The notes under the pieces are model-generated. The model ran no database searches. It had not been told where the DNA came from and saw only the letters and a program-made list of their open reading frames with translations. Shown piece by piece: positions 18,215 to 28,528 of a stretch of DNA of 44,929 nucleotides (position 1 is the first letter of the stretch; each line of letters begins with the position of its first letter). A program made the translations under genes and the position numbers. This stretch comes from a virus (Duplodnaviria > Caudoviricetes), in IMG/VR virus record IMGVR_UViG_3300034100_000004, positions 1 to 44,929 of that record; one strand, written 5' to 3'.

Positions 18215-21200
18215 ATGACTGATAATTTCTTAGATGATCCAGCTTCAACTGCATCTAAAAGTATTGATACATTCTTACAAGATAATGTTAAGGGACTTGA
18301 TTTCCAATCTGCAAATGAGATTGCTACGGCAACAACTGCGCTCACCGCACCTCAGAATCTTGAGGAGGAGCATGATAACATTGTAAATGAGTTGGTTAGT
18401 AATGGGAGTAGTGATAAGGTATCCTCTCTTCGCTCTGCAATTCAGCAGGGGAAACAGCAAGAGTTGCGACAAGCAATATATTCCAAACTCACAGATATTA
18501 AAGTACCTCTGGAAGAGAAGGAAAAGCTACGTCAACTTTATGTTGAGAGTGAAAGAGAAGCAATATATAATAATGTAGATATCGAAAAGGAAATGCTTCG
18601 TACCTTTTCAGCAGCATCTGTACAGCAGGCTCAGGATGCTGAAGAGGCTGCACTGCGAGATATGTGGCATAGCGGTGTTGAGGATACGATAGATATTCGT
18701 GCAGAGCTTCATTCTTCTATTGAATCCTTTCGTGATCGTATTGCTCTGGCAGCTAAGGAACATCCACTAGGAACTGCTGGAAAGGTTGCTTTGGATACTG
18801 TACAGTCTGTTCTAGTACCAGGAGACTTGGGAGTATTTTATGCACAGACCTTGAAACAGTTTCTACCTGAGAAGAATAATACTATTAAAGATTTTCTTCT
18901 GTCAGGTGAGGCTGTTAAAATTATTCAGGATCATTTATCTGCATTACCACCTCAAGAACAACTCACTGAGAGTAAGAGGTTGCTGAGTATAATTGAGAAT
19001 ACCATTAGTATCTTTGGTGATAATGGTATTAACAAGTGGGATGCTGCGTCTACACTCCTTAACCCAATCTTAGAAGGAACACCCCTAGAGGATTTTAACT
19101 GGTCCAGATTGCTTACCAATATTGGTAGTGCTGTTGATGTGCTTGGTCTTGGAGCAGCTATGAAGAAGGCTCCATCTATCTTCTCCAGACTTATGGGGCA
19201 ACTCCCCAAGCTAGAGGTGGCTAATCCGAAAGCAGCTACTACACTTGTTAAAGAGGCTATTGACTCTGAGAAAGTAGCACAGAAGCTTGGTAAGACCAGT
19301 GATGAGGTTTATATGGAACATGCTCTACCTGTAATGGAAATAAAGGGCATGAAGGTTGGACAGGAACACACTATTCGTACCATGAATGTTTCAGATACGG
19401 AGGTTCTTAAATCCTTTCAGCTTAGTGAGGGTACGGAGGAATCTGTTAGAAAGGTTCTTGATATCCAGAATAGTACCTATGCTTTTACTACCCCAGAGCT
19501 TAGGAAAGCAGCTACAGATAAGTTGATTGATGAGGTTCAAAACATTCCAGACATGGTATTGAGGAATAATGCTACTGCTATGGGGGATGCTCCCTTTATT
19601 CAAGGTGCGGATGGTATCTCATTCAAAGCTGCCTTTGGTAAGACCAGTGAACATGGGTTCTCCTCATGGGCAGAAGCAGTCGGTACAGCTAAGAAGGCTA
19701 TGCCAGGATCAGCACATAAGATTCTCGTAGCTTCTCCTGAAACTGGTGGGATGCTCAAGTATGTAGAGGAAGTACCTACTATCACGAAGGGTGAATACTT
19801 TGTAGAAGTGCAGAAGTTCATGTACTATGATCAGGCATCAGAGGTGTTGGACCTTGGCCGTGTAACCACGGCTGGTTCTATGACCGATTACTTAATGGAC
19901 TATAACACTGTTCTTAATCCAACATGGGCAGATGCTGTTGGACGTATGAAGGATATGGACGATACGGCTCGTAATACATTCTTTCATGTCTGGAAACCAG
20001 TACTATCTGCTGTACAGAAGGATGAGAAGGTGCTTCCTATCCTGATGGAAGGACTCTCTGCTACTCAAAAGGCTGGTCGTAGGCTTGCATCCAGCGAGTT
20101 AGATAGGATTGGTCTCAGTACCCCAGAACTACAGAAGCTCTACACTGCTCAGATTGATGCAACCGATGCAGCAGCCATTGTGAACAACAGTCGTGTTAGA
20201 AACTCTATGATTTCTAGTGGGTTCGATAGAGAGATTGTCCACGAAAGTACTGGCTTCAAATCTTTCGGTAAGGTCTTTGACATAGTACCCAATGAAAGTG
20301 TAGAGGTTGTATACGATATTGCATCGAAGGGGTTTAAGAATGTTAATGCACAGGAACTTGCGAAGCTGTATGAGCAAGGACACCGTGTTGCTAAGTTAGA
20401 AAGCTCCTTGACTAAAATCAGTGAAGCTGCTGGGGAGGAAGCACGTGTGCTTGGTAGCGATTTTGTACTGCTTAGAAAGGGTTCTAAGACTAAGGTACAA
20501 GAATTATCTCCATGGGTTACTGGATACATCCCTGGATACATGCCTAGAAAGTTTACTGACCCCTATTTCATTGTGAAGGTTATTCCCAAAGCATTGATTA
20601 ATGGTAGAGAACCCATCAGCAATGGTATCAAGGGGTTCTCAATGGCTGTATCCTCTGCACCTACAGCTAGTAAGGGTCAGAAAGCTGTTGATATCCTGAA
20701 TACTAGGGCTACGCAGGGTGTACGCTATGAACTTCGGTATGATCGGAACATTGCACGTGAACAGACTGATCTATTTCATAAGCAACTTGATGCTAGCCGA
20801 GGTACTGCACTTAAATCACGTGGTCAGGGCTTGACAAATATTGAAAATATCCTTGGTGCAGAGCATGGCTTAGATGTTTTAGCTGAAACACAGCATCCCA
20901 TGAAAGCTATGGAGAACATGCTTACAGCTGCGGCTAGAAATGCATCACATGATAGAACAATTCGTGGATTGCAGCAGGGTTTCACCAATAAGTACTCTGA
21001 TCTTTTGGAGCATACTGGTGGTAAGTGGCCTCTATCTGAGGGGATGATTGGTTCTGGTCAACCATCTGCCAGATTACGGGAGGCTAGGGCTATGTATCGT
21101 CATATCTCCAGACTCAGTAGTGTTGAAGACTCAGTTGGTAAGACTGGTCGTGAGGCTATGCTCCGTCTCTCTGAGTGGCTTGGTGATAAAAAGTTTGAAA

Positions 21201-23020
21201 AGGCTAGTGAGTTCGTATCAGGACATAGGGATATCTCTCCGCTTAGAACTGCAAGGGCAGTGAACTTCTTCAGGATGATTGCGGCTAACCCTATTCGTCA
21301 GTGGATACTTCAGCCCTCTCAGATACTTCAAACTGCTGGAGCAGCACCAAAGTATGCCATGACTAGGTTGATTCCAGATATGAGTCTGGTGTTGAGTGGA
21401 TTACTGCTGAAGAATATGCCAGCCAACTCTGTATTTAAGAATGCAATTCCCGGTGGTATGGGTGCAGTAGCTAAGGCATTCGGTACAAGTGAGAAGAACT
21501 TTGTTCGGATGCTACAGTCTATCGAAGATAGTGGTATTATGATCACCGATAGTCATGCATTCCTAAAGAATATTAATTATAAGAATATGAGTGATCTTTA
21601 TAATTCTTCTTTAGAAAAGAATGTAATGAATATTGCGAATAACCTTAAGAGGATTAATAGGCTGTTCGTTGATGTTGGCTTCAATCCAGCAGAGAAGATG
21701 AACATGATGGGACAATGGTTGATTGCTCGTAATCGTGTACTTAAGAAGACACCTGATCTGGTTCCAGGCACGAAGATATATAGGGAGACTATAGCAGCAG
21801 AGGCTAGAGGTATCTCTCTGGGTATGAAGCATGGCTTTGCTTACTCAGATAATCAATTCTCTGCACTTGCAACACAGTTTCTTACCTTCCAGCATAAGAG
21901 TATGCTTGCAATCATGGGCGGGAATAAGTACTTCTCAGCTAGTGATCGTGTTGGTATGGCTTTGACGCAGACACTGCTGTGGGGTACGACAGGGTTGGGC
22001 CTTAGAAGCGCATTAGATAGCTTCTTAGCGAAGATGGGAATAGAGAAGGATAAGCAGACACCTACTATGAAGGAAGCCATTACAGTGGTCGAGAGTGGCC
22101 TTCTTGAGCGTATGATAAATGGAGTCCTTTCTGCCTCTGGCATTGATGATATGAAGGTGGATTGGGCCAACTCATTCTCTGTTTATAATGCGTATGAGAA
22201 TAATCTGGTAAAAGCTGCTATCTCACTGTTTGGTGGTGAGAAACAGATTGGTGTTGATCTCTTGTTTGGTCCATCTGCTACCACATATTCAGCAACTATG
22301 GATATGCTTAGTACGATGGCGATGATCAACAAGAGTTATGACATGGATAACGCAAAGTTCTGGGAGTTGCATATCAAAGAAGCAGCATCTTGGCTCCCCT
22401 TGGTATCACGGTCCTTACAATTTCAAGTTGCATTCAATACAGGACTGTTACCTAATGCTACGGGTACGTACTTCACAAATGCTAGTATGAAAGAAGGAGC
22501 TTGGTATGCACTCACTGGTATGCAGAGTAAGGAAAGGGTAGCTCTCTTTGATGCAATGGACCTTACCTCTAATGGTAAGAGTAAGGATGCTAAGAGTGAT
22601 GCCCGTGTAATCTATGAGCAAATGTCAAAGATGACTACTGTCCTGGATGCAGAGGATTTAACACCTGATTTTTACAGCATCTACGACAAGAAGTTGAAAG
22701 CCAGTTTGATGCTTGTTGGTACTGTACTGGATAAAGCTGATCCTTTCTATAAGGCTGGTATTGAGAGAGAGTTGGGCAATCTTATTAGGGATGATCCTAA
22801 GCGTGGTAAGGATAGCCTGTTGCATAGGCTTGGTAAGTTCTATACTATGCTTGGTCAAGACGGTCAACAGACATTGCATCAGCTTACACGAATTAGAAAC
22901 AGAGCAGATGATTTGAAACTTGATGATTCAGAGAGACAGGGTATTGACTCTTTGATTAATTACTATAAAGAAAGTATGGATGCTTACAATCAAGACTTGA
23001 CTGCACAGGAGAATAAATAA
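18215..23020 (+). CDS. Large internal virion/ejection protein
   Basis: 1601-aa helical protein in the internal-protein block; no catalytic motif recognised. Confidence 0.7.
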   Translation: MTDNFLDDPASTASKSIDTFLQDNVKGLDFQSANEIATATTALTAPQNLEEEHDNIVNELVSNGSSDKVSSLRSAIQQGKQQELRQAIYSKLTDIKVPLEEKEKLRQLYVESEREAIYNNVDIEKEMLRTFSAASVQQAQDAEEAALRDMWHSGVEDTIDIRAELHSSIESFRDRIALAAKEHPLGTAGKVALDTVQSVLVPGDLGVFYAQTLKQFLPEKNNTIKDFLLSGEAVKIIQDHLSALPPQEQLTESKRLLSIIENTISIFGDNGINKWDAASTLLNPILEGTPLEDFNWSRLLTNIGSAVDVLGLGAAMKKAPSIFSRLMGQLPKLEVANPKAATTLVKEAIDSEKVAQKLGKTSDEVYMEHALPVMEIKGMKVGQEHTIRTMNVSDTEVLKSFQLSEGTEESVRKVLDIQNSTYAFTTPELRKAATDKLIDEVQNIPDMVLRNNATAMGDAPFIQGADGISFKAAFGKTSEHGFSSWAEAVGTAKKAMPGSAHKILVASPETGGMLKYVEEVPTITKGEYFVEVQKFMYYDQASEVLDLGRVTTAGSMTDYLMDYNTVLNPTWADAVGRMKDMDDTARNTFFHVWKPVLSAVQKDEKVLPILMEGLSATQKAGRRLASSELDRIGLSTPELQKLYTAQIDATDAAAIVNNSRVRNSMISSGFDREIVHESTGFKSFGKVFDIVPNESVEVVYDIASKGFKNVNAQELAKLYEQGHRVAKLESSLTKISEAAGEEARVLGSDFVLLRKGSKTKVQELSPWVTGYIPGYMPRKFTDPYFIVKVIPKALINGREPISNGIKGFSMAVSSAPTASKGQKAVDILNTRATQGVRYELRYDRNIAREQTDLFHKQLDASRGTALKSRGQGLTNIENILGAEHGLDVLAETQHPMKAMENMLTAAARNASHDRTIRGLQQGFTNKYSDLLEHTGGKWPLSEGMIGSGQPSARLREARAMYRHISRLSSVEDSVGKTGREAMLRLSEWLGDKKFEKASEFVSGHRDISPLRTARAVNFFRMIAANPIRQWILQPSQILQTAGAAPKYAMTRLIPDMSLVLSGLLLKNMPANSVFKNAIPGGMGAVAKAFGTSEKNFVRMLQSIEDSGIMITDSHAFLKNINYKNMSDLYNSSLEKNVMNIANNLKRINRLFVDVGFNPAEKMNMMGQWLIARNRVLKKTPDLVPGTKIYRETIAAEARGISLGMKHGFAYSDNQFSALATQFLTFQHKSMLAIMGGNKYFSASDRVGMALTQTLLWGTTGLGLRSALDSFLAKMGIEKDKQTPTMKEAITVVESGLLERMINGVLSASGIDDMKVDWANSFSVYNAYENNLVKAAISLFGGEKQIGVDLLFGPSATTYSATMDMLSTMAMINKSYDMDNAKFWELHIKEAASWLPLVSRSLQFQVAFNTGLLPNATGTYFTNASMKEGAWYALTGMQSKERVALFDAMDLTSNGKSKDAKSDARVIYEQMSKMTTVLDAEDLTPDFYSIYDKKLKASLMLVGTVLDKADPFYKAGIERELGNLIRDDPKRGKDSLLHRLGKFYTMLGQDGQQTLHQLTRIRNRADDLKLDDSERQGIDSLINYYKESMDAYNQDLTAQENK

Positions 23021-25152
23021 TGGCTGAGATGTTTGGTGCTAATATGCCCACCCCAAACCCATCAATCTATGGTGGTAGTGCTTTAGAAGCTCCACGCCAG
23101 GATACTAGCACACAGATGCTTGTAGGTGGGATAGGTTCTATGGCCTTAGAAGCCTATGCTGGTAAGAGTAGGGCTGATTTGAAATATGACCTTGAATCCT
23201 TGGAAGTACAGACACAAGCAGCGAACGATACTATTATCAAAGGTGGTGGTGCAGATGCAGCACTGTCTAAATTCTCAGATAAGATTAAGAATCTGGATGC
23301 TGGTATCTTCTCAGGCTCATTGACTCCTGCTGAGTATAAGATTAAACGTGAACTTCTGTTGAAGGAGCACACTAAGAATCTCCCAGGTCTTGCTGCTGAT
23401 TTTCAGAACATATACTCCACTACTGGAGAGCAGAAGACTGTTGAACAGTTCTCACTGCGTCAGCAGATGGAGCAAGCAGCACAGAAGGAGCGAGAAAGAC
23501 AGGATGCTGTTGAGAAGATGAAACTACAGTGGGCTGAGAAGCAGGGTGCTAATATGGCTCGTCTACTCAGCGGTTCTCCAGAACAGCAACAGGCTGAATG
23601 GGCGTATGCAGATAAGATGAATATGCTTAGTGCACAGGCTAAGGAAGCATCTACTGTTGCTAATCTTAGCAAAGATATTAAGGTTAGTCTTGGTCAAGCG
23701 AAGTTGGATGAGTATACCAGAGCTATTATCCCAACAGTTCAGAGAGATGCAACTAATAATGCACTTAATCTACTTAAACAGTATCATCCTACTGGTATTC
23801 TTTCTGATGGTGATCCTAATGTGGCACTGATTAACTTTGCAGCTGAAGCTGGTCAGAGATTACAACCAGCACAGAGAGATGTTCTGAAGAAGCAGCTTAC
23901 TGCTATGCGGGATACGACTAAAACTCAGCTAGGAACGCAGATGATTGGGTTAGAGATGAATCCCAATGATCAGAAATTAATATTGGATAGTGTTAATCGA
24001 TATGATCAGATACTCAATGTCTTAGATAATGCTGATTATGCTAAGATTGCTGAAGCACAGGTACGTATCGAGAAGAGTATGGATATTCTGAACCTTCGTA
24101 AGGATAATCCGAGCCTTGCCACTTCTGTTACACTTCTAGAAGAGTATGGAAAGAACATGCCCACCCTATTCAGTCAGGATCTTACTACGGATATGCGTGG
24201 ATATCTGGCAGACAACAAGAAACGTGCTGGTACAGCAGTAGTTGCACCCGTACCGGGTGTTAACCCCTACGATACGATTAGTAAGGATATTGATCCTAAA
24301 GGACATGCTGGTGTAACGGCAAATAATATAGGGATACTCAACCAGATGGTATCTGCTGGTACTCCTACTCCACAGGCTAGAGTAAATCTCGGTAAGGCAG
24401 CACAGGCGTACATGCAGTTGCCAGATGATCCTGCTAATCTGAACCTTAAGGATGTAGAAGCTTATTTAACATTAATTAATAATCCGAAATTACCTGCAAT
24501 TATGTCCGATCATCCTACGTTTAAGGATAAGGTACTCGGTAATGTTGATTACATCTTGAAGAATAAGTTGACACCCTTTATTAAGGAACAAGCATCCTCA
24601 CTTATTACTGAGAATACGAGACTCGTACAAAGTGCAGACACTATCATCTTCGAAGGTGATAATGCTGCAAAGTTGAATAAACTTGGAGGCTTGCTGAATA
24701 ACACCGTCCTCTCTGTATCAAAGATGGGTACTCCTAATCAGGAAGCACTCAGGGGTATGCAGAAGGTTATGAAGCAAGAAGTTCAGACTATTCTAGATGA
24801 GGTTCGGAAACCTGCTACTACGCAGGGTAAGGAGACTACTTCATGGTTCTCTAATTTCCTTAACTCAATCAACCCTACGGCTGAGATATCTCTCGGAGAT
24901 GTGGTTGGTGGTGCTGTACGTGGGAGTGTGGGTGTAGCTAAGGCAATTGGTAGGGGTATGGAAAGGGCTACTTCCCCAGAAGTAACAGACTTTGTAGATG
25001 CTGCTACCGCAACAACTATTTATGCTACCAAATCTGAAAATGTAGCTAAGGAATTGATGTATCGATCTGCTGAATTTGCTAATTGGTGGCATAATGCTGC
25101 TAAGGAGCAGAGAGATTCCTTTGTAGAACGTAGCAGAAAAGGTGCTAAATAA
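23020..25152 (+). CDS. Internal virion/ejection protein
   Basis: 710-aa Ala/Gln-rich helical protein, TAATG-coupled. Confidence 0.65.
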   Translation: MAEMFGANMPTPNPSIYGGSALEAPRQDTSTQMLVGGIGSMALEAYAGKSRADLKYDLESLEVQTQAANDTIIKGGGADAALSKFSDKIKNLDAGIFSGSLTPAEYKIKRELLLKEHTKNLPGLAADFQNIYSTTGEQKTVEQFSLRQQMEQAAQKERERQDAVEKMKLQWAEKQGANMARLLSGSPEQQQAEWAYADKMNMLSAQAKEASTVANLSKDIKVSLGQAKLDEYTRAIIPTVQRDATNNALNLLKQYHPTGILSDGDPNVALINFAAEAGQRLQPAQRDVLKKQLTAMRDTTKTQLGTQMIGLEMNPNDQKLILDSVNRYDQILNVLDNADYAKIAEAQVRIEKSMDILNLRKDNPSLATSVTLLEEYGKNMPTLFSQDLTTDMRGYLADNKKRAGTAVVAPVPGVNPYDTISKDIDPKGHAGVTANNIGILNQMVSAGTPTPQARVNLGKAAQAYMQLPDDPANLNLKDVEAYLTLINNPKLPAIMSDHPTFKDKVLGNVDYILKNKLTPFIKEQASSLITENTRLVQSADTIIFEGDNAAKLNKLGGLLNNTVLSVSKMGTPNQEALRGMQKVMKQEVQTILDEVRKPATTQGKETTSWFSNFLNSINPTAEISLGDVVGGAVRGSVGVAKAIGRGMERATSPEVTDFVDAATATTIYATKSENVAKELMYRSAEFANWWHNAAKEQRDSFVERSRKGAK

Positions 25153-25508
25153 TGGCACCATCAGAAGAGGTTGGACGGATAGAAAAGAAACTAGACAAAC
25201 TTGGAGATGCAATAGATAGTTTAGTACAGAACTACCAGCAACTAGTTACTAATCAATCCTTAATGCAACAGGAAATACAGGGATTAGCGAGAGCACTAAC
25301 CAAGTTAGAGGATATTGACAAACAATTCACAATATGTAAGGGGGATTGTAATGGGAAAGCAAACATACTCAAAAAAGATATTGAAGCCAATGAAGAAGAC
25401 ATAGCTGAGTTACAGAAGAAGATTAGATTTAGGGATAAGGTAATACTTGGACTCTTCATTACTGTGTTTATGCGTATGTTCCTCTTCTTTCTACTAGGAG
25501 TTAAGTAA
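25152..25508 (+). CDS. Coiled-coil protein with C-terminal TM helix (lysis-related?)
   Basis: Coiled coil followed by VILGLFITVFMRMFLFFLLG. Confidence 0.55.
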   Translation: MAPSEEVGRIEKKLDKLGDAIDSLVQNYQQLVTNQSLMQQEIQGLARALTKLEDIDKQFTICKGDCNGKANILKKDIEANEEDIAELQKKIRFRDKVILGLFITVFMRMFLFFLLGVK

Positions 25509-25909
25509 TGTTTCCAGTTATTGATTTGATTGCAACGGTAGGTGGTCTTGTTGTACCACCAGTATTTGATTTTATTAAAAAGAAGTTTATTAAAGAGGAG
25601 AATGATACAGTAGAGCGTACCATTGGCTCTTTAGCTACCACGAAACCAGAGGTACTCCCAGAGTATATCAACGCTCTAACGGGTGCTAAGAAGGCCGAGG
25701 TTGAGTTCTTTAATCGAGACGTAGTTGGTACCCCCTCTGCTTGGGTAATTGATCTGAGGGCATCTATACGTCCTGCTACAGTGGCTCTTGGTATTGTCTC
25801 TCTGTGTCTTATGGCAATGTTACCAGAGAGGATTAACATACCACCAGATATTCGATACTTCTTAGAAGTTAATATCAGCTCTTGGTTTGGTTCTAAGTTG
25901 AAGGAGTGA
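25508..25909 (+). CDS. Putative holin
   Basis: WV..LRAS.RP motif, TM segment and WFGS C-terminus as in 3TM-type holins. Confidence 0.6.
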   Translation: MFPVIDLIATVGGLVVPPVFDFIKKKFIKEENDTVERTIGSLATTKPEVLPEYINALTGAKKAEVEFFNRDVVGTPSAWVIDLRASIRPATVALGIVSLCLMAMLPERINIPPDIRYFLEVNISSWFGSKLKE

Positions 25910-26034
25910 AAATGAGATGAAGTACAAAGGAGGGCGCATCCCTATCGGTAAGAGTACTAGGATAATTAATCCTAAGACTCTGTATAAGAGGAAGCGTGAA
26001 GAGAGAACATGGACAACTGAACATGAGGTAGTGT

Positions 26035-26166
26035 ATGCCGCTTACGAAGAAGGGAAAGAAGATCAAGGAAGCTATGGAGAAGGAGTATGATAAGAAGAAG
26101 AAGGGAGCATCAGTCTTCTATGCTTCTGAGAATAAGGGAAAGATCAAAGGTGTTAAGAAGAAGTGA
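26035..26166 (+). CDS. Small basic phage protein (MPLTKKGKKI...VFYASENKGKIKGV)
   Basis: Read manually; GAGG RBS; resembles a widespread small phage protein. Confidence 0.8.
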   Translation: MPLTKKGKKIKEAMEKEYDKKKKGASVFYASENKGKIKGVKKK

Positions 26167-26172
26167 ATAACA

Positions 26173-26214
26173 AATGGGAGAGCCTCTAACACTTTGAGAC
26201 TCTCCCATTCTTTT
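26173..26214. terminator. Intrinsic terminator where the two arms converge
   Basis: AATGGGAGAG...CTCTCCCATT stem followed by CTTTT. Confidence 0.8.
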
Positions 26215-26683
26215 AGGTTTCAACCATGTCTGTATACTTCTGAATAGCCTTCTCTACTGTACCCTTACCAAGTCTGGTATTGTAAACCTCCTTCCATACT
26301 CTAGCCAACTCTGCCTTATTATTAGCAGGCATTGGTACTGGTGATCGTAGATATTTGATACGGGTCATAACGATAGCATATACTAGGTTCCACTCAAGCT
26401 CATGCTTTACAGGACATGCTGGCACACGATACGATAGAACCTTGGCCTGTAGGGTTGGCTTATACACTAAGTAATTCTTCCAGATATCTAACTCAGTTGC
26501 AGGTTCCATCTGAAAGATACCCTTTGCTGGTCCACCAACCTGTGTAATGTAGGTTCCCAGATTACTCTCTACTGCTGCTGTTAGCATAATAAGCTCCACT
26601 GCTGCATCAGAGTAGGGAATCTCCGGTTCTAAACTCTTGAGTGTAGTTACAACTAGATTACGAAGTTGCCCAGGATTAATCAT
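26213..26683 (-). CDS. Putative endolysin (lysozyme-like fold)
   Basis: TAA.ES.LG.Y..Q..GPA.GIFQMEPAT..D and WK..YNT..GKG motifs; GAGGAG RBS before MINP at 26683; the frame is open to 26779. Confidence 0.7.
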   Translation of the reverse strand: MINPGQLRNLVVTTLKSLEPEIPYSDAAVELIMLTAAVESNLGTYITQVGGPAKGIFQMEPATELDIWKNYLVYKPTLQAKVLSYRVPACPVKHELEWNLVYAIVMTRIKYLRSPVPMPANNKAELARVWKEVYNTRLGKGTVEKAIQKYTDMVET

Positions 26684-26765
26684 AGTCTCCTCATCAAGAT
26701 TAACTGTGGTTGTATTGAATAGGATGGTAACCACCAAGATACTGATAAGTACCATCCTCTTAACC

Positions 26766-26909
26766 CTACTCATCATCACTCATACTGTGGTACCAATTCG
26801 CAGTCACCACCCATCCTGCTATTGCAGCACTGAAGATCATACAAGCTATACCCCCAATAAGAATGAATGGTACAGCTATGAAGTCTACCACTCCTTTGAC
26901 ATATCTCAT
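26766..26909 (-). CDS. 47-aa TM protein (MRYVKGVVDFIAVPFILIGGIACMIFSAAIAGW...)
   Basis: Read manually; ATGA overlap with the nrdJ stop. Confidence 0.55.
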   Translation of the reverse strand: MRYVKGVVDFIAVPFILIGGIACMIFSAAIAGWVVTANWYHSMSDDE

Positions 26910-27775
26910 ATCTCACACTTCCCACCTGAACAAGCGTACTCTTGAGTACCTGTTGTTGTATCCTCTCTCTCATACTCTGGTAGTGCCATCCAGTTAATCG
27001 CTACAGGAAAGGAGGCTTTTAATTCTTCATACTTCTCTGCGGTAATTTCAATGTACGGATTATTCTCATACACATTATCAGTATGTGGAAAGAATGAGAG
27101 TCCTCCAATCTCGTCAAAGTGTTTCCACACCCACTGCCCTACCTCCATGAACGTATCATCTGTGTAGTAGATTGTCTGAGAAGGATTATGATCACACCAA
27201 TGATCTGCATACATCTTCCATACTCGTAGCTGATCAAGTGCTGACATATCCTTAGCTACAATAGAATGTTCAGGACTCTTTACAGGGAATCGGAAGTAGT
27301 AGTTGTGTTGATCTTGGGAGTAGGGTACTCCTTGGTCCGAAAGCATGACACCAAGAGGATCGGTCCTATCAGTACGAACTGTACGCATGTAATAAAGGAA
27401 CAGCCTAGGATGAATACCGCTTGAACAATCAACCAACTGAGACACAGTACCACTCGGCTTAATTGTACAAATGGCAGCAGCAGGATTGATACCCAATAAT
27501 TTACTCCACTCTTCATTAGTCTCCTTCGTTACCTGTTTAATCTCAGATAGCCATGCTTGTAGAGTCTCCTCATCCTTTCCACACATTACTGGATGATCCA
27601 TAATTCCGGTTAAGCTTACACCAAGTAAGGCTTCCTCTTCTGTATTCTTCTTCCAGATAGGTCGGAGGTATCTAAAGTCAGAGAGAGTTGCCTGCATCGT
27701 ACCAAGGATCGTAGCGACTCTAGCCTTCTCTTTGAGAGTAGAGAGTGTATCAGTTGGTCTAATAACAACTTCAGT
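26906..27775 (-). CDS. nrdJ: Class II (B12-dependent) ribonucleotide reductase, exon 2
   Basis: Begins TEVVIRP; TIKPSGTVSQL, HNPSQT and C-terminal ACSGGKCEI. Confidence 0.9.
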   Translation of the reverse strand, partial: TEVVIRPTDTLSTLKEKARVATILGTMQATLSDFRYLRPIWKKNTEEEALLGVSLTGIMDHPVMCGKDEETLQAWLSEIKQVTKETNEEWSKLLGINPAAAICTIKPSGTVSQLVDCSSGIHPRLFLYYMRTVRTDRTDPLGVMLSDQGVPYSQDQHNYYFRFPVKSPEHSIVAKDMSALDQLRVWKMYADHWCDHNPSQTIYYTDDTFMEVGQWVWKHFDEIGGLSFFPHTDNVYENNPYIEITAEKYEELKASFPVAINWMALPEYEREDTTTGTQEYACSGGKCEI

Positions 27776-27797
27776 CAGTAATATTAAGCAAGGATCG

Positions 27798-28244
27798 TTA
27801 ATCCTCACCAAAAGTTCTTAACACCCATTTAGCAAAATTAATTAGTTCTTGACGGGTTGCTGCGCCCTTCATTGAGTTGGCACACTGCGATAGCACTTGA
27901 ATATTATCCCTAGTATAGCCACGAGCATTATCTATTCGATCCAGCGATGGAGAATTCTTATACGCCCCAGATTTACCTGAATTCATGTTTAATTCTATTC
28001 CGGTTGCTGGGCAATTATTTGGTATCGAGATATCCTTGACAGATAAATTAAACTCTAAGCCAGATTTTTTACACCTTTGTTTAGCTCGTTGCCACATCTT
28101 CCATTGAGGGGTTAAGGATTTTACCCTAGTACAATTGCACTGTTTGCATAATGTCATTTTAGATGTGATCTTGAAAATAACACCACACTTAGTACACTCT
28201 CTATGCGTATCAGAAACTAAAAAACCATGCCTATTCTTATTCAT
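27798..28244 (-). CDS. Intron-encoded HNH-type homing endonuclease
   Basis: CxxC pairs; CP..G, SPSLDRIDN.RGY..DN.QV.S..AN..K; lies 3' of the S element. Confidence 0.85.
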   Translation of the reverse strand: MNKNRHGFLVSDTHRECTKCGVIFKITSKMTLCKQCNCTRVKSLTPQWKMWQRAKQRCKKSGLEFNLSVKDISIPNNCPATGIELNMNSGKSGAYKNSPSLDRIDNARGYTRDNIQVLSQCANSMKGAATRQELINFAKWVLRTFGED

Positions 28245-28279
28245 GAAAATCTCCTATGTAAGTTTATTATCTTACATAT

Positions 28280-28308
28280 ATTATAACATGAACAAGATGA
28301 AATGTCAA
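28280..28308 (-). promoter_or_regulatory. Consensus sigma70 promoter inside the intron for the endonuclease
   Basis: TTGACA-N17-TATAAT with TG extension; AGGAG RBS follows. Confidence 0.85.
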
Positions 28309-28528
28309 CCCTTTTCTGTATATTCCTATACAGCTTAGACTATATCATCACCCATTATCTATGGGGCAGGGAGCTTCCACTCACTTGAGTGTATGGGCTT
28401 CATCTACTGCATGAGTAGGTATGCCCTAGTCGTTGAACCTTCAAAGGAATCGCTTCCTAAGCTTGGCTGCTGATTATCCGTTCTGGACTTTCCAGCAATT
28501 CACCCTGTTTTAAAACCTCTATCAATTA

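Larger units (their letters stand above)
27776..28528 (-). mobile_element. Group I intron in nrdJ
   Basis: P AATTGCTGGAAA, Q AATCAGCAG, R GTTCAACGACTA, S GATATAGTC; P1 AACCTT/GAGGTT with U.G at the 5' splice site; terminal G; splicing restores ...QFCNL|TEVV... in frame. Confidence 0.92.

Noticed and set aside
25917-26090. 57-aa plus-strand ORF MKYKGGRIPIGK...
   Set aside because: Overlaps the better-supported 26035-26166 gene by 56 bp; plausible but not supportable
27776-27811. ORF-track start (MVRINDPCLILL) for the second RNR ORF
   Set aside because: These codons are intron sequence; the exon begins at 27775
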